From Eledone cirrhosa (lineage: Eukaryota): a stretch of 64,000 bases of DNA. A program made the position numbers and the translations under genes. The notes under the pieces were generated by a model, which was not told the origin of the DNA, searched no databases, and was given only the letters and a program-made list of their open reading frames with translations. Of this stretch, positions 27,676 to 42,439 are shown in pieces (the stretch's first letter is position 1; the number at the start of each line of letters is the position of its first letter). The stretch lies in contig OZ024742.1 of NCBI GenBank assembly GCA_964016885.1, positions 303,118,001-303,182,000 on the forward strand, given 5' to 3'.

Positions 27676-28110
27676 TGGCAGTATCAGTAGAGCATCGGAC
27701 AAAAGGTTTTGCAGCATAGAGTTACGATCCTTTATGATCTGAGTTCAAATCCCGCCTAGGTTAACTTTGCCTTTCATCCTTACGGGGTCTATAAAATAAA
27801 GTACCAGTCACGCACTGGGGTCGATTTAATCGACTTTCTCTTCCCCCCAAAATTGCTGGCCTTGTGCCTATACTAGAAATTATTATTATTTGGCAGTATC
27901 AGTAGAGCGTCGTACAAAATGCTTTGAGTCATATTGTTACTGCGCTTTACGTTCTGACTTCAAATCCCACCAAGGTTAGCTTTGCCTTTCATCCTTACGG
28001 GGTCGAAAAAATAAAGTACCAGTAACGAACTGGAGTCGATTTAATCGAATTTCCCCCTCTCCCAAAATTGCTGGTCTCGTGCCTAAATCAGAAAACATTA
28101 TTATTATTAT
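27676..28110 (+). mobile_element. Tandem pair of S1 SINEs (27676-27885, 27891-28110) with (TTA)n tails
   Basis: TGGCAGTATCAGTAGAGC head, B-box GAGTTCAAATCCC and the conserved core occur twice. Confidence 0.85.
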
Positions 28111-28307
28111 TAAAGTGGTCTTAGACATAGCAGTGCGGTTAAGAAATTTTATTTGCCTTCATACGGATTCCAGTTCGTTACAATTGAGTAACATTTTGGA
28201 TAATGCGTTTTTTTTTACAATAGACTTCAGTTTTCCCTTACCTTTAGAAGAAATTTGGTAGAGGAAAATGTTGCAGAAGCTTCTTATATATATATATATA
28301 TATATAT

Positions 28308-29062
<755 letters not shown>

Positions 29063-29226
29063 AGATCAAAAGATGGTTAAAAGAGTTCCATGTATTTTAT
29101 TATGTGCATTTCAAAAACAAATATCATCATGGGATGATACTTGCGTTCTCATCAGATAAAATAGGAAGACATGATATGAAGTTTAAAAAACACTTGCGTG
29201 CAGTGAAGTGTTAAATCTACACACAC

Positions 29227-29285
<59 letters not shown>

Positions 29286-30097
29286 AGTGCATATATATAT
29301 ATATGTATATATATATACATATGTATAAATATATATATATAAATTCGCGCAAGCACATGTGTGTATGAGTGTTTGTGTATATATCATACGATATGGACCC
29401 AGGAATCTAATGGAGTCGTAGGTTCGGCGTTACTTGAGAATTGTAAACCTGGCCCGTCCTTATGTGTGTATGTCTGCTTCTTCTTCTTTTTCTTGGTCGT
29501 AGAAGCAAAGTCTTCAAACACGCCTTCCAGCGAGACTTGTCAGAAGCAACTGTTTCCAATTGATCTGGTTATACACACACACACACATATAATATATATT
29601 TATATGTGCGTGTGTGTGTGTGTGTGCTTACGTATGGGGGAATTAAATTTTCCAATTGAATTGAAAACAACTCTAGGAGTAAATTAACTTACCAAAGATA
29701 TCAATAGAATAATTTTAGAAAATACGCAACAATCAGAACTCTAAGTTTAAATTTGATTTTCTTCAATTTTGACGACATGTTTTATTCCATTTTTAATTTT
29801 ATTTTGACTTAGGTCGAATCATATTTGAGAAGTCTCCGCTAAAAATTGGAGATAGCCTATCGGGGGTTTACCAACGTCTATAAATACAATACTAAATGTT
29901 TCCCTTATTTCTGAGTGTCTCTGATGATGGTTTGATTAAATATAAGCAATAAGATTTCAGCACCTGTAGAAAGATACATAAGTGTCGAGAATATAAAGAC
30001 TAATACTGTTTATATATTTTCATATGAGGAATCGATGTTAAGACTGAGAAATCAGTTTGAATGTATCTATTTATATATCTATCTGCTTCTACTTCTC

Positions 30098-30440
<343 letters not shown>

Positions 30441-30569
30441 CAATAGAAATAATCTCTAGATTTATTAGAATTTACCCAGCAAAATCTTTATTAAAGCAAT
30501 TTGCTTCTAAAACTTGGTTTCAATTCAATTGTAAACATCGGTTCAGGTATTCATTGTTGTTGTTGCTGC

Positions 30570-30764
<195 letters not shown>

Positions 30765-31272
30765 TCCTTGAATCTCAGTCATTGATGTTGGTTAACTGGA
30801 AAGTCCGTTGGATTGAATATCAAGCCACTACCTGCAGCCTCAGATATTCAGGACGTATCGGAGGGTTCTTGCCGTTCCAAGCAAGCATGCCTTTTGAAGC
30901 GTTCCAAAAAGCGTGAAGGGGCCGATTTTCTTTAACCATCCCTGGAAACCTTTGGAGATAGTCCCCAGTGCGCCTATGACAATCGGGATCACTTTGACTT
31001 CATGGCAGTTCCAAATCCTTTTCACCTCCCACTTTAGGTCCTGGTATCGGTTAATTTTCTCCCTCTCCTTCTCTTGCACTCTCGTGTCGAATGGGCAGGC
31101 CACATCCACAATCAGGCACGATCTTTTTTCTTTGTCCACAACCACCAGGTCAGGTCTATTGTGTTCCAGTTTTTTGTCCGTCTGTATCCTAAAATCCCAC
31201 AGCACCTTCACCTGACTGTTCTCTATCACCGCCTCTGGCCTATGCTCATACCATTTCTCAGAATGTGGTAGA
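30765..31272 (-). mobile_element. 5'-truncated Dong/R4-clade LINE, family A (endonuclease plus 3' UTR), in (TAA)n
   Basis: ORF 30840-31229 has RPDLVV...IVDVACP...KINRYQDL (restriction-like endonuclease); (TTA)n on both sides. Confidence 0.9.
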
Positions 31273-31290
31273 TTGTTATTATTATTATTA

Positions 31291-31343
<53 letters not shown>

Positions 31344-31632
31344 GGCGACCTACGTAGTAAATCGTATCATCGTGAGCTCCGCAAAGGTTTGTTATTTCCG
31401 CTTGTTAAAAATTGCCATTTATGGAAAATTTTTATTGTTAACTATATATAAGCGCACATACATTGTTTTCCGAAAAGGACACCCAAAAAGATTGGGGCCT
31501 TGTGCCCAAAATGTAAACTTTTATGATTATCAAAAAATTTCTTTGAAAAAAAAATGGCTAATTCACCTCTGCACCAAGCAGCTGAGAGCCTTCCTCACAA
31601 ATTAACACCTCACACCGACACCACCATTGTAA

Positions 31633-33244
31633 ATGTTACTACGTTTGCCAACACTAAAAAAAAATATAAGCAGTAGCAATATTTTAAATTTGTCTCAGGC
31701 AGACATTCATTTCCCGCCATTACCAATGACTGCGGGTGTTAAAGCGGCCACCACCACGACAACCCCCACCCCCACCACCACCCCGACAACAGAAACAAAA
31801 GGAAAAAATAAATCAACTCGTGATGTCGAAATGTTTTCAACAAAAATGGACTCATCCACACCGAACACCACTGACGTCACCACCACCACAACTGAAACTA
31901 AATTAATAATAACAAAAATAACGATAACAGCAACAATGACATTAAAAAAACCACCCTGAGTTTTGCCAGAGTAGCAAAACAGTGCGAAGCATTTACGGTA
32001 ACTCAGGAGGAATTAGAAAATGCCCCAAAAAATGGTAAAGAAAGATGGGTACAGGGTTAGCCCCCCCCCCCCCCCCACACACCTAATAAAATGGAGCATC
32101 GGCGCCTATGCACCGTGTCGTATCGAATAATTAATGTAAAATCGCGCCGAGTGGAACGGGCATCCGAGTCCCAAATCCAAAAAGCTTTGGGACATGTGTG
32201 GGCAAGAAAAACCCACATCAGACGTGGGCAGAAGTATGGAACCGTGGACGTGTTCTTTGAAACACCACAGGAGGTCAGAGAACACTCCATGGCCCCATCA
32301 AGAAGTGACAACTTTACACTCGTCCCAAGCTATTGTGGCCAGAGACTCGTAAAGATCAGGGTGACCCACGTTCCACCGGCCATCGAAATTCCCTGGCTAA
32401 TAGCGGCCGTCCTCGCCGGCATCGAAGCCAACACAAAGATAATAGCAATAGCAAAAGAAAAGCAGGAGAACTGGTCCGGATCTGGGATGGAGCTCCTGAT
32501 CCAAGCGGACCAAAAAAGCATTGAGGAGATCCCAGAGGTAATAGACCTCACTGACGGCAGCCACCTCACCGTAATCCACACCACAACCAAAACTAACGCC
32601 TGCGGAGGATTTTCCACTCCCCGGCCTATCACAACTGGAGACAGATTGTGACGACGAGGAGTGGGAAACGGTATCAGGAAAAAAAAAGAAACCAAAAAAG
32701 AAAAAATTCTCTTCCTTCCCCCGACAAAAACAAAATACAGAGGGAAACAAATAAATTAACAAACAAAAAAGTTAGGACAGATATGCCACCATCCACACCA
32801 GAATCACCAATCCCATCACCCCAAACACCAACACCATCACCATCATTAACCCCAACACCACCATCACCTACACCACAAAAGTCACCAAAATGCGAAACAG
32901 AAACAAACCCACAACAAACGCAAACAAAACAAAACAACCAAAACGATACACACCACACAGCATTAAATTTGAACAACAACCAATTATTACACTACATCCA
33001 ACACAACACCAACAACACAGAAAAAGACTACACAACAACCCAAAAATTCATACCACCTCCACACATACAAATCACTCGCATCACACAGAAAACGTACATG
33101 AGACTAAAACAAAAATTCCACAAATACATCGGAGACTTCCGACAAGCACTCTCCAGAAGGATTTATAAGGACATCCTTCCTGAGGAGGCCACAAGCAGTG
33201 AAAAGGATGGAAAAACCGTCCTTCCTCTACGAGAAGTAAGGTAA
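31633..33244 (+). pseudogene. Tx1 ORF1 (frameshifted; zinc-knuckle region apparently deleted near 32575)
   Basis: KYGTVDVFF and FTLVPSYCGQR align with LYGSLAIIM and FTFYPSYMGKR in the 61864-63584 ORF1; Pro/Thr-rich tail. Confidence 0.75.
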
Positions 33245-33278
33245 GTGGTCTTTCCCATCTTTTCCACTCCTTTTCCAC

Positions 33279-36200
33279 ATGACCTCACTCAGAATAGGCA
33301 GCATAAATGCGCGTGGCTTGGGGTCGTCATGGAAGCAGGGCCACCTGCTCAACGACCTCAGGTCACTAAACATAGATGTAGTGGCCATCAGCGAGACCAG
33401 AATCTCCGAAGCACGGGCCATCGCACCGATCTTCGGCGGCTACGATGTGTACGCATCTCCCAGCCGTCCGGGATAGGGGGGAGGAGTTGCTCTGTTTTTC
33501 GGAGAGGTTGGGATCTTGCCATACGGGCCATCTTCCTGGACCCAGAAGGTAAGTTGGTGGTGCTGGACGTGACCAGCGGAGACGGGCAAGCTTTCAGGTT
33601 AGTGGCCGTCTATGCCCCGACAGGAGCAGGGCGGCCTGATTTTCAGGCGTCTGGAGACCTTTCTTGGAACGTCCCGCTCTTTAGTGTTAGTGGGCGACTT
33701 GAACGGGATCTTAGATGCAGGCTGGGATTGTGTGGGATTAGTGGATAGGGGAGGAGGGTGCAAGAGTCTCACCAAGCTGCTCAGGCGTTTTGAACTGTCT
33801 GACAGGTACCGATTGGATTTCCCGAATGTACCAATGTGGACTTGGACAAATCGCATAGGGTCATCCAGATCATATCTAGATAGAGCATTTTGTAGGGAAA
33901 TAGATAGGTCTAGCATAGGCTGTCCACAATTCAAGATAGTCAGCTACACGGACCACAAATTCGTGATCTGTGTGCTTAACTTAGATAGGCTTCATAGACG
34001 AGGACCCGGCTACTGGAAGCTAAACGCGTCCTTACCAGCGCGCAAGGCCTACAGAGACCGGATTAGTGAACTAGTTAAGCGGGCATTGACGGAGTCCATC
34101 GTCAACAACAAGTGGTGGTTTGCTCTGAAAAGAGCAATTAGAATAGAGGGAGTATTAGTTAGAAAATTAGACGAGGCGCTTTGCAAAGGCATCGCGACCG
34201 ACGTACTTGCGGCGAAATTGGCCCTTGACCAATACTTCAATGCAAAGCACGAAGGCTGCGTTGTCAGAGCTAGGGTGCGTGCTCTCAGACACGAGGGGAC
34301 GAAAGCCGTTCAGTGGGCCCGAGTGGCGGAGGCGCGTCGTGGCAATAAAGCCACGATCCGGTCTTTGGTGGACCACGACGGGCGCATGTTACTCGATCCC
34401 GGGCAAATGTATGAAGCTTTTCAGGGACACTTCGCTCAACTGTTCGGGGGCAGCGGCGGACCGGATCGAGGGATGGATTTTAGTGTCTACCTCGACGGGC
34501 TGCCGCGGCTCTCGGCCACTGAGGCGGAGTGTTGCGAAAAGCCGATAACAATCGCTGAAGTACGGGAGGCAATGACTGGCTGCACAAGGAGTAAATCGCC
34601 TGGTTTGGATGGTCTGCCCTATGCACTTTACGTACAAATGCCAGACTTGTTCGGGGGCCTCTTGGCGGACGTCTACTGCAACTGGTAACAGAATGGGAGA
34701 ATTTCCAGCTCTGTGAGCCGAGGAGCTGTGGCGCTGCTGAGAAAGGATCCGAACAAGGGGGATAACATAGATAATTTCAGGCCCATAACTCTGCTAAACA
34801 CAGAGTTCAAGACTTTGGCCAAAGTGCTAGCAAAGAGGTTGGCGCTTGTCGTTGGTGGTCTGGTGGGAGAGGCGCAGACGTGCGTCATTCCCGACAGATC
34901 CACCCATGACAACCTCCACCTCATGCGATACATCGTAGAGAAGGTAGCCAGGGAATCTGGCACGGGTGGGTCCTTGATCAATTTAGATCAGTCGAAAGCT
35001 TTCGATAAGGTCGACCATCGTTACCTAGCGGCAGTCCTGAGGGCGGCTGGCTTTGGGCCCGCCTTCAGAGGCTGGATCGCTGCCATGCACAGCGACATCT
35101 GTTTTGTGGTGAGAGTGAACGGTCACCTTTCGGAACCACTCAACATCATGCGCTCGGTCCGCCAAGGATGTCCCCCTCTCGTCCCTCTTGTACATATTGA
35201 CTCTCGAGCCATTACTGCACAAACTGGAGACGTTGAGGGGGGTCCCGCGCCAACTAGGATGCGGAAGATCCGTGTCAGCATATGTCGACGATGTCACCGT
35301 AGTGGTGTCGAACGCCAAACACATCGAGGCGATCGGCACTACATTAAGAGGGTACGAAGCGGTGACAGGAGCAATGATCAACCAGGAAAAGTCAGTCGGC
35401 CTGCAGCTCGGCACCTGGAGAGGCAGGTCCATGCCGTCCAACAGCGTGTGTCGGGCGCTGGACGGACGGACCGGTTAAATTGCTAGGGGTCATGGTTCGG
35501 TCCGGACCTCCAGACGGACAAAAACTGGGACGAGATGACGAGCAGGGTGGCTTCTCTCACCCAGAAATGGGCGGATATGAAGCTATACCTGAAAGTGCGA
35601 GCGGAGGCGGCTAACGCGTACATCACGTCCGTCATCTACTACTGCCTGACAATTGTACCTTGTCCTAAGCCCCGCCTGACTGCGTTGGAGCGTTTGCTCT
35701 TTCGCTTTTTGTGGAAGGGACGCGCTCCGATGGTCAGGCCGTCCATCAGCTGTCAACACCCGCTACGTGGAGGGCTGGGTATGCCATGGCTGATGATGCC
35801 CAGACACGTGCTGAGGCTACAACATCTCCACCTCTTCCTCTACGGTAATCAGGTGTGGTCGCCGTTTGCTAGACACGTCTTTCCCCAGGTCGTCTCCTTG
35901 GCGGAGCTGCAGTCTTGGGTCAAGCGAAGACCGAGAGGGAGTGCTTGGAGACTGGAATGTCTTCAGGCGCTCACAGCCCTCGACCAATCGGGCAATGTGT
36001 CGGTAGAAACTCTACCTTGGCGTTCTATAGAGGATTAGTGGAGGGGAAGAGCGACGACGTACTTGGGAACCTCTAGACGACGACGAAAATCAACTCGCCA
36101 ATCTCTTCGGAAGGACTTTCGGGCCGGGGCCTATGGACTACTTCCAGAAATCCAGAGGAGCTTTGCCAGTTCGGGATAAACTCTACAGGCATGGAGGTGC

Positions 36201-36630
36201 CATCAGCTGGGAATGTCCGAGATGCGCGCAGGGCGACGAAACTGTCCTGCACCAACTCGTCCAGTGTCCGAGCATTGTTGACTTGTGGGTTTATGTCGAA
36301 CACCTGCTGTCACGTATAGGACGGATCCAGCTATCATCTGAGTCCATCGTGAGGATTGCCCCGTCCTCTTCCTTTAGCCGGGAAGGGCAGGCAGTTTTTA
36401 TCTGTCTGGTGGCCATGGCGAAAGAGATAGTATGGTGGACACGTTTGAAAGGTCTGAAGACGAGCACTTACCTCTTCGGTGATGCCCTGATTAACTTTTT
36501 CAAATTTCATTTGAAAAGGAAAATCAGGGTAGAGAGGGAAGTGCTCGCTTCCCAGCATTCTGTTGAAAGATGGGTGAGATAAGCAAGTATGGCTCGAGTG
36601 AATGGGCCTACTCTGAGTATGTGTCTTTAA
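33279..36630 (+). pseudogene. Tx1 ORF2: APE endonuclease, reverse transcriptase and Cys-rich domain, with several frameshifts and stops
   Basis: SINARGL, ISET, GDLN, YLDR, TDH, KSPGLDGL, NFRPITLLN, LDQSKAFDKV, VRQGCP, YVDD, GGLG, CPRC...ETVLH...C. Confidence 0.93.
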
Positions 36631-36899
36631 ATTAAAGGTGGAAAACTGGGAGAGGGCACTTGCCCTGGTGGTCAGGGTCACTGTGGCCTTTTAATGGGCT
36701 TTCTCCACAAATGTCATTCGGAAGTCTCCCCCCTATTGGGGAATTTTTTATTGTTATTTTTATTACATCCTCTGTTTTTTTTATACGCAGAAATGCCCAT
36801 TTGTACCGTCCTGTATTGTCCTGCACTGTCCTTAATGTATACTTTATGTAAACCCTTGTGGTTAATAAAGAAAAACATTATTATTATCGTTATTATTGT

Positions 36900-39800
36900 T
36901 CTTTGATGTTATTTAATGTTGATGTTATTTAACTGGAAAGTTTGTTGAAATGAATATCAAGCCACTACCTGCAGCCTCAGATATTCAGGACGTATCGGAG
37001 GGTTCTTGCTGTTCCTAGCAAGCAAGCCTTTTGAAGTGTTCCAAAAAGCGAGGCGGGTCCAATTTTCTTTAACCATCCCTGAAAACTTTTTGAGATAGTA
37101 CCTAATGCGCTTATGACAATCGGGACCACTTTGACTTCATGGTTGTTCCAAATCCTTTTTACCCCCCCACTTTAAGTCCTGGTATCGGTTAATTTTCTCC
37201 CTCTACTTCTCTTGCACTCTCGTATCGAATGGGCAGGCCACATCCAAAATCAGGCACGATCTTTTTTCCTTGTCCCAAACCACCAGGTCAGGTCTATTGT
37301 GTTCCAGTTTCTTGTCCGTCTGTATCCTAAAATCCCACAGCATCTTCACCTGATCGTTTTCTATCACCGACCCTGGCTTATGCTCGTCCCACTTCTCAGA
37401 ATGTGGTAAATTGTTTACTTTGCATAGGTGCCAATGGATCACCCTGCCCATCACATCAAGTCTCCAGCCTTTATAGTGAGTCTGGGCTAGGTGTTTACAC
37501 TCGGATACAATGTGAGCCACAGTCTCCTCTCTCTCTCCACAGATCCTACACAGTGGTCTAGCCTCCTCCTTGTAAATATGGTGTTTCAGCCACTTCGTTT
37601 TGAGGGCCTGCTCTTCCAAAGCCATTAACATTCCTTCTGTAGCCTTTTTAAGGTCTCCTTATTTCAACCAGTTCCATGTCTGTGGATCTCTGAATTCAGT
37701 TTTCTCTGAAGGGATTTTTCATGAAGGCTGCTCTTTCTCCTTGTTGTTATTTCCTCCTTGGACATGCCCTGGTCTATTGTCCCCTCCTTCAGTACAATTC
37801 TGAGCATTGGCTCCTTACTATCAGTCACGTATTTGTGTAGGTTGTTTTTCTCCATCTGAACACTGTCCTCTATGCTGTTAAGACCTCTTCCACCTTCATA
37901 TCTCCTTAAGTAGAGTCTATCGACATCACTCCTCTTGTGGAAACATGTAGTCAATAGCTTCCTAGTCTTCCTATCCATTTCTTTTTGTTCAGCAACATTC
38001 CATCTCAGAATTCCCGCACTGTACCTAATAATAGACACAGCTCGGGAATTTACTGCACTTATGACATTCCTACTGTTCAGATGTGATTTTAATACGCTCC
38101 TTACTCTCCGAATGTATTCAGATCTTATCAATTCCTTCATTTCTTTGTTCTTGATGTCATCAGCCTCCAGAACATCTAAATATTTGTATCCTTCTTCAGT
38201 GTCAATTTCCTTTATCATCTCACCTGTTGGTACCTAGATTCCGTTGCTTCTGCTCAATTTACCCCTCATCATCACAAGGACTCCACACTTACTAATACCA
38301 AATTGTATACATATATCATTGAAAATACGGACAGTGTCAACAAGCACATCCAACTCCTTCTCACTCTTCCCGAAGAGCTTAAGATCGTCCATGAAGAGGA
38401 GGTGATTGATGGTAAGCTCTCCCTTTCCCAACTTGTATCCTGCTCTCACTTTTCGCAGTATAATGGTCAGAGGCATCAGGGCAAGGACAAACAAGAGAGG
38501 GGACAGACTATCTCCCTGGAAGATACCTCTCTTGATCTTCACGCCTCCCAAGGATTCTCCAGCCGATGTTAACTCTGTTTTCCAGGTCTTTATACTTTTG
38601 CTGAACAACTGTCTGATGTTATCTGCCATCTTGAAGATCTCTAGGCTTTTGGTGATCCAAGAATTAGGAACCATGTCAAATTCCTGTTTGTAGTCTATCC
38701 ATCCCATGGCAAGACCAGTGTGTCTCCTCTTGCAATTCCTCATTACCATCTTATCAATAAGTAACTGGTCCTTTGTACCACGGGACTTCTTTCGGCATCC
38801 TTTCTGTATGTCCGGTAAGAAGTTGTTTATGTAGAGGTGATGGTAGATTTCCTCAGACACAATGCTTGTTAACAGTTTCCACATTACGGACAGAATTGTG
38901 GTACCTTTTGTCAACCGCTCTGGTACCTCACCTGACATCAAGCACTCATTGAACATGGTTGTCAGTTTCGTGTGGAGGGATGTTATATTGTTAATCCAAT
39001 TCCCCTGCACACCATCTGGGCCTGGTGATTTCCAGTTGATTAGTTTTTTGGCCTGCCTATTAAGAGTTTCAACTGTGATACTCAAATCAGTTTGTTGGTG
39101 TGCCTGTTCACTAATCTCCTTTTGTACTGTCTCAATCCACACTGCCTGATCATTATTTTTAACATCCTGCTCCCATATTCCTCTCCAGAATGCCTTAGTT
39201 TGTTCCGCCTCAGGGATCAAGACATTGCCTCTTTCTTTCCCTTCAAGCTGTCCAAACAACATCTTCTGGTTGTTGTCAAACATGCGGTTCCGTCTACACT
39301 GACTGACTCTGCTCTCGTATCGCCTAATTTTTGCACTCTTTGCTACAATGCGTTGCTTCAGTTCCTCTATGATAATATTTAGCTTTTTCCTCCTAGCTTT
39401 GTACTTTATTTCCAGTCTAGTTTTAGTGTCCCATTCAGTAAGGACTCAAACTTTCCAATGTCATTTCTCATTTCCCTGAGTTGACCATTCAGTTGTTTCT
39501 TCCACCAAGGTTCTGATCTTTCTTGTTTGTTGTTTCCTCTCGCTTTTATGCCAAGTAATTTCCTCACCGCATTTGCTGTTGCTTTCAGGATATTGTTGCA
39601 CTGATGAAGGCTCCTCGCCTCAAGGTATGGGATACCTTTGTTTATCTTAGCTGTTGTTTCTTATAACTTTTTCCTGTCTACAAATCTTAGGTTCATAGGT
39701 TTCCCACTTTCATTGTTCATTTCATCTACCACTAAGTTTAGGATATCAATAAAATCTTGTCCTAGCCCGTCAGCATTCATTTCCTCAAAGGCTGTATCTT

Positions 39801-40400
39801 TGTTCCAGGTATTATTTATTTCAGCATTCAGATCATTGTCTGCTTCGGATGGTTCCCCCGTTCTCTCACCTCTTCACCTTCATTTCCCACTGGCTCGTTC
39901 GCCTGGCATACTCCACTCTCCATTTCCAACCTAATCTCTCTGCTCAGTTCCTCCAGTTCCAGCTCGCTTATCCACCCATTAGTTCTTATTACCCGAGCCT
40001 GCCCGGCCAATTTTTGTTCATCTAATTTAAATAGACCAATCTCGTTCCAGATGTTATGCATCCGTTTCCTATAGCCTTTTTCCTTGGGGTTACTCTTCAG
40101 GTAACATTGCATAACAGTTCTATTCAATTCTTTCGTCCAGTTGGTTCTGGTCCCTTTCCTTCTTCCTCTTCCTCCAATACAAGCAGTATTTGTATGACAG
40201 CCAGGTCCCTACTGCTGGGCCAGGGAGTACCTGCTGGGTGAGAGTCTGTCACATGACATTCCAGTCTCCACTTCACCGTTATTCGAACTGTTTAGGTTCG
40301 ACATTTAAGCACTCATATCGAGGATTGGTGAATGTATGGTTACATAACTACCGGTGATTTCATCACCCGCTGTGATTTTAGCGTGGCACCATCACGCTGT
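36900..40400 (-). mobile_element. Dong/R4-clade LINE, family A, near full length, degenerate
   Basis: Fragments carry KSPGPDGV, GIFQGDSLSPLLF, LLFMDDLKL, CRICGEREETVAHIVSEC and RPDL..DVACP. The 3' UTR is related to 30765-30840. Confidence 0.92.
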
Positions 40401-40516
40401 AGACGAATATGAATAAACAAACAAACAAATAGATAAAAACCTAAAAAAACAAAAACAAACACAAGTTTCATTGTAATGTTTGAATGTCTGACTTAGTTTT
40501 TCTTTCTTTTTTTTTC

Positions 40517-40570
<54 letters not shown>

Positions 40571-40572
<2 letters not shown>

Positions 40573-42009
40573 AGCTGCATTTATCTTGCTTTATGTTCAT
40601 ACGAGTTATCACCAAGTCACAACCAGTGACCTCAAGAGACAACAAGGTCCGCCATGTTCAAGAAAGAACATACATACTCACACATGCATCTTTAGTGTTT
40701 AGACTTGTGATGTACTTATATTGACAGAATCTTCCTTAGAATATGTGCAGTTCCCATTAGTACTATCTTTTGTATTTCTCCTATACGCGGGTTTCCTGGG
40801 ATTTGTGATAAATAATCATTAGACCCCTTAGGTATCATTCCTAGAGCGCCTACAACCACTGGTATTGTTTTAGTTCTCAATTTCCACATTTTTCCAATTT
40901 CTATCTCCAGGTCCTTATACTTGCTCAATTTTTCAAATGTTTTTATAGATACACTCTTATCTATTGGAACGGACATATCAATTAGCAGGCATACCCTCTT
41001 TTTAAAGTCCTTCAATATAATATCAGGTCTATTTGCATCTATTTTTCGGTCTATTTGGATGCTAAAGTTCCACAAGATGGAGATGTGATCTTTTTCAAGT
41101 ATGGGAGGTGGTTGATGCTCCCACCAATTCTTTTGATGGGGCAGGTCAAAATGCTTACACATTATCCAATGTATGTATTGTGCAGCTCTGTCATGCCTGT
41201 TTAGGTATTCGGTTGGACCTATAGGACTGCACATTGAAATTAGATGGTCAATGGTCACTGGTTGTTTTTTACATACACGGCATAATGGGCTGCATCCATT
41301 TTTTATTATGTTGGCTTGGTAATTTTTTGTTGGCAGACACTGATCTTCTGCTGATATAATCAGTCCTTCAGTCTCCGATTTCAGTCCAGAGGATGCCAAC
41401 CACTGATGGGTTAAAGTTTTGTCAACATCAGGATTGTTAGCTCGTTCTGGGTATTTTCCATACAGAGGCTTTTCTTGCCATTTCTTAGCCAGTTTCTGTA
41501 GCAGTTCTTTCTTTGCAGTTACTTTTACCTGCTTTGCTTTTTCTGTGTTTTCCATTTCAGCAGTAAATGGGACTTCTGAAATGTGTAGTCCATTACTGTA
41601 TCTTTGTGCATCTTTTGTAATGGAGTATGATCTTTTGATGCTTTCGTGTTTCAAAACGAGTTTGATCATCCAATCATGTGATTCCCTTAGATATGTAGAT
41701 AATCCAATTGTTGCAGTTTTCAACGCAATGTCTAACTGGATTAACCCACGTCCTCCTTCTTTCCTAGGGAGATATATTCTATCTGTATCTGCCTTAGGGT
41801 GATGCATTCTGTGCATGGTTAAGAATTTTCAAATTTTTGTATCGAGCCTACGGATCTCTGTGCTTGACCAGTTGATGACATTGTAACTGTAGGTTACTAC
41901 TGGTATGGCAAGCGTGTTTATGGCATCGATCCTATTCCTTGATATTCAATTCCGTTCTTAAGATAGCTCTTACTCTGCGGTAACATTCCTTCCTTATCCT
42001 TTCCCTCAT
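40571..42009 (-). mobile_element. 5'-truncated Dong/R4 LINE, family B (ORF 40716-41816)
   Basis: Near-identical to the 3' 1.4 kb of 42440-46400; (TTA)n on both sides. Confidence 0.95.
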
Positions 42010-42040
42010 TATTATTATTATTATTATTATTATTGTTGTT

Positions 42041-42401
42041 ATTCCTTGAATCTCAGTCATTGATGTTGGTTAACTGGAAAGTCCGTTGGAATGAATATCA
42101 AGCCACTACCTGCAGCCTCAGATATTCAGGACGTATCGGAGGGTTCTTGCTGTTCCCAGCAAGCATGCCTTTTGAAGCGTTCCAAAAAGCGTGAAGGGGC
42201 CGATTTTCTTTAACCATCCCTGGAAACTTTTGGAGATAGTCCCCAGTGCGCCTATGACAATCGGGATCACTTTGACTTCATGGCAGTTCCAAATCCTTTT
42301 CACCTCCCACTTTAGGTCCTGGTATCGGTTAATTTTCTCCCTCTCCTTCTCTTGCACTCTCGTGTCGAAGGGGCAGGCCACATCCACAATCAGACACGAT
42401 C

Positions 42402-42405
<4 letters not shown>
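42041..42405 (-). mobile_element. 5'-truncated Dong/R4 LINE, family A
   Basis: Near-identical to 30765-31128; (TTA)n on both sides. Confidence 0.93.

Positions 42406-42439
<34 letters not shown>

Larger units (their letters stand above)
31343..36876 (+). mobile_element. Tx1/L1-clade LINE, near full length, degenerate, between (TTA)n tracts
   Basis: ORF1 pieces at 31633-33244 and ORF2 pieces at 33279-36630; ends in AATAAAGAAAAAC followed by (TTA)n. Confidence 0.9.

Noticed and set aside
29915-29990. CTGATGA...GAAA...TC motif
   Set aside because: Stem I is out of register and stems II and III do not pair convincingly.
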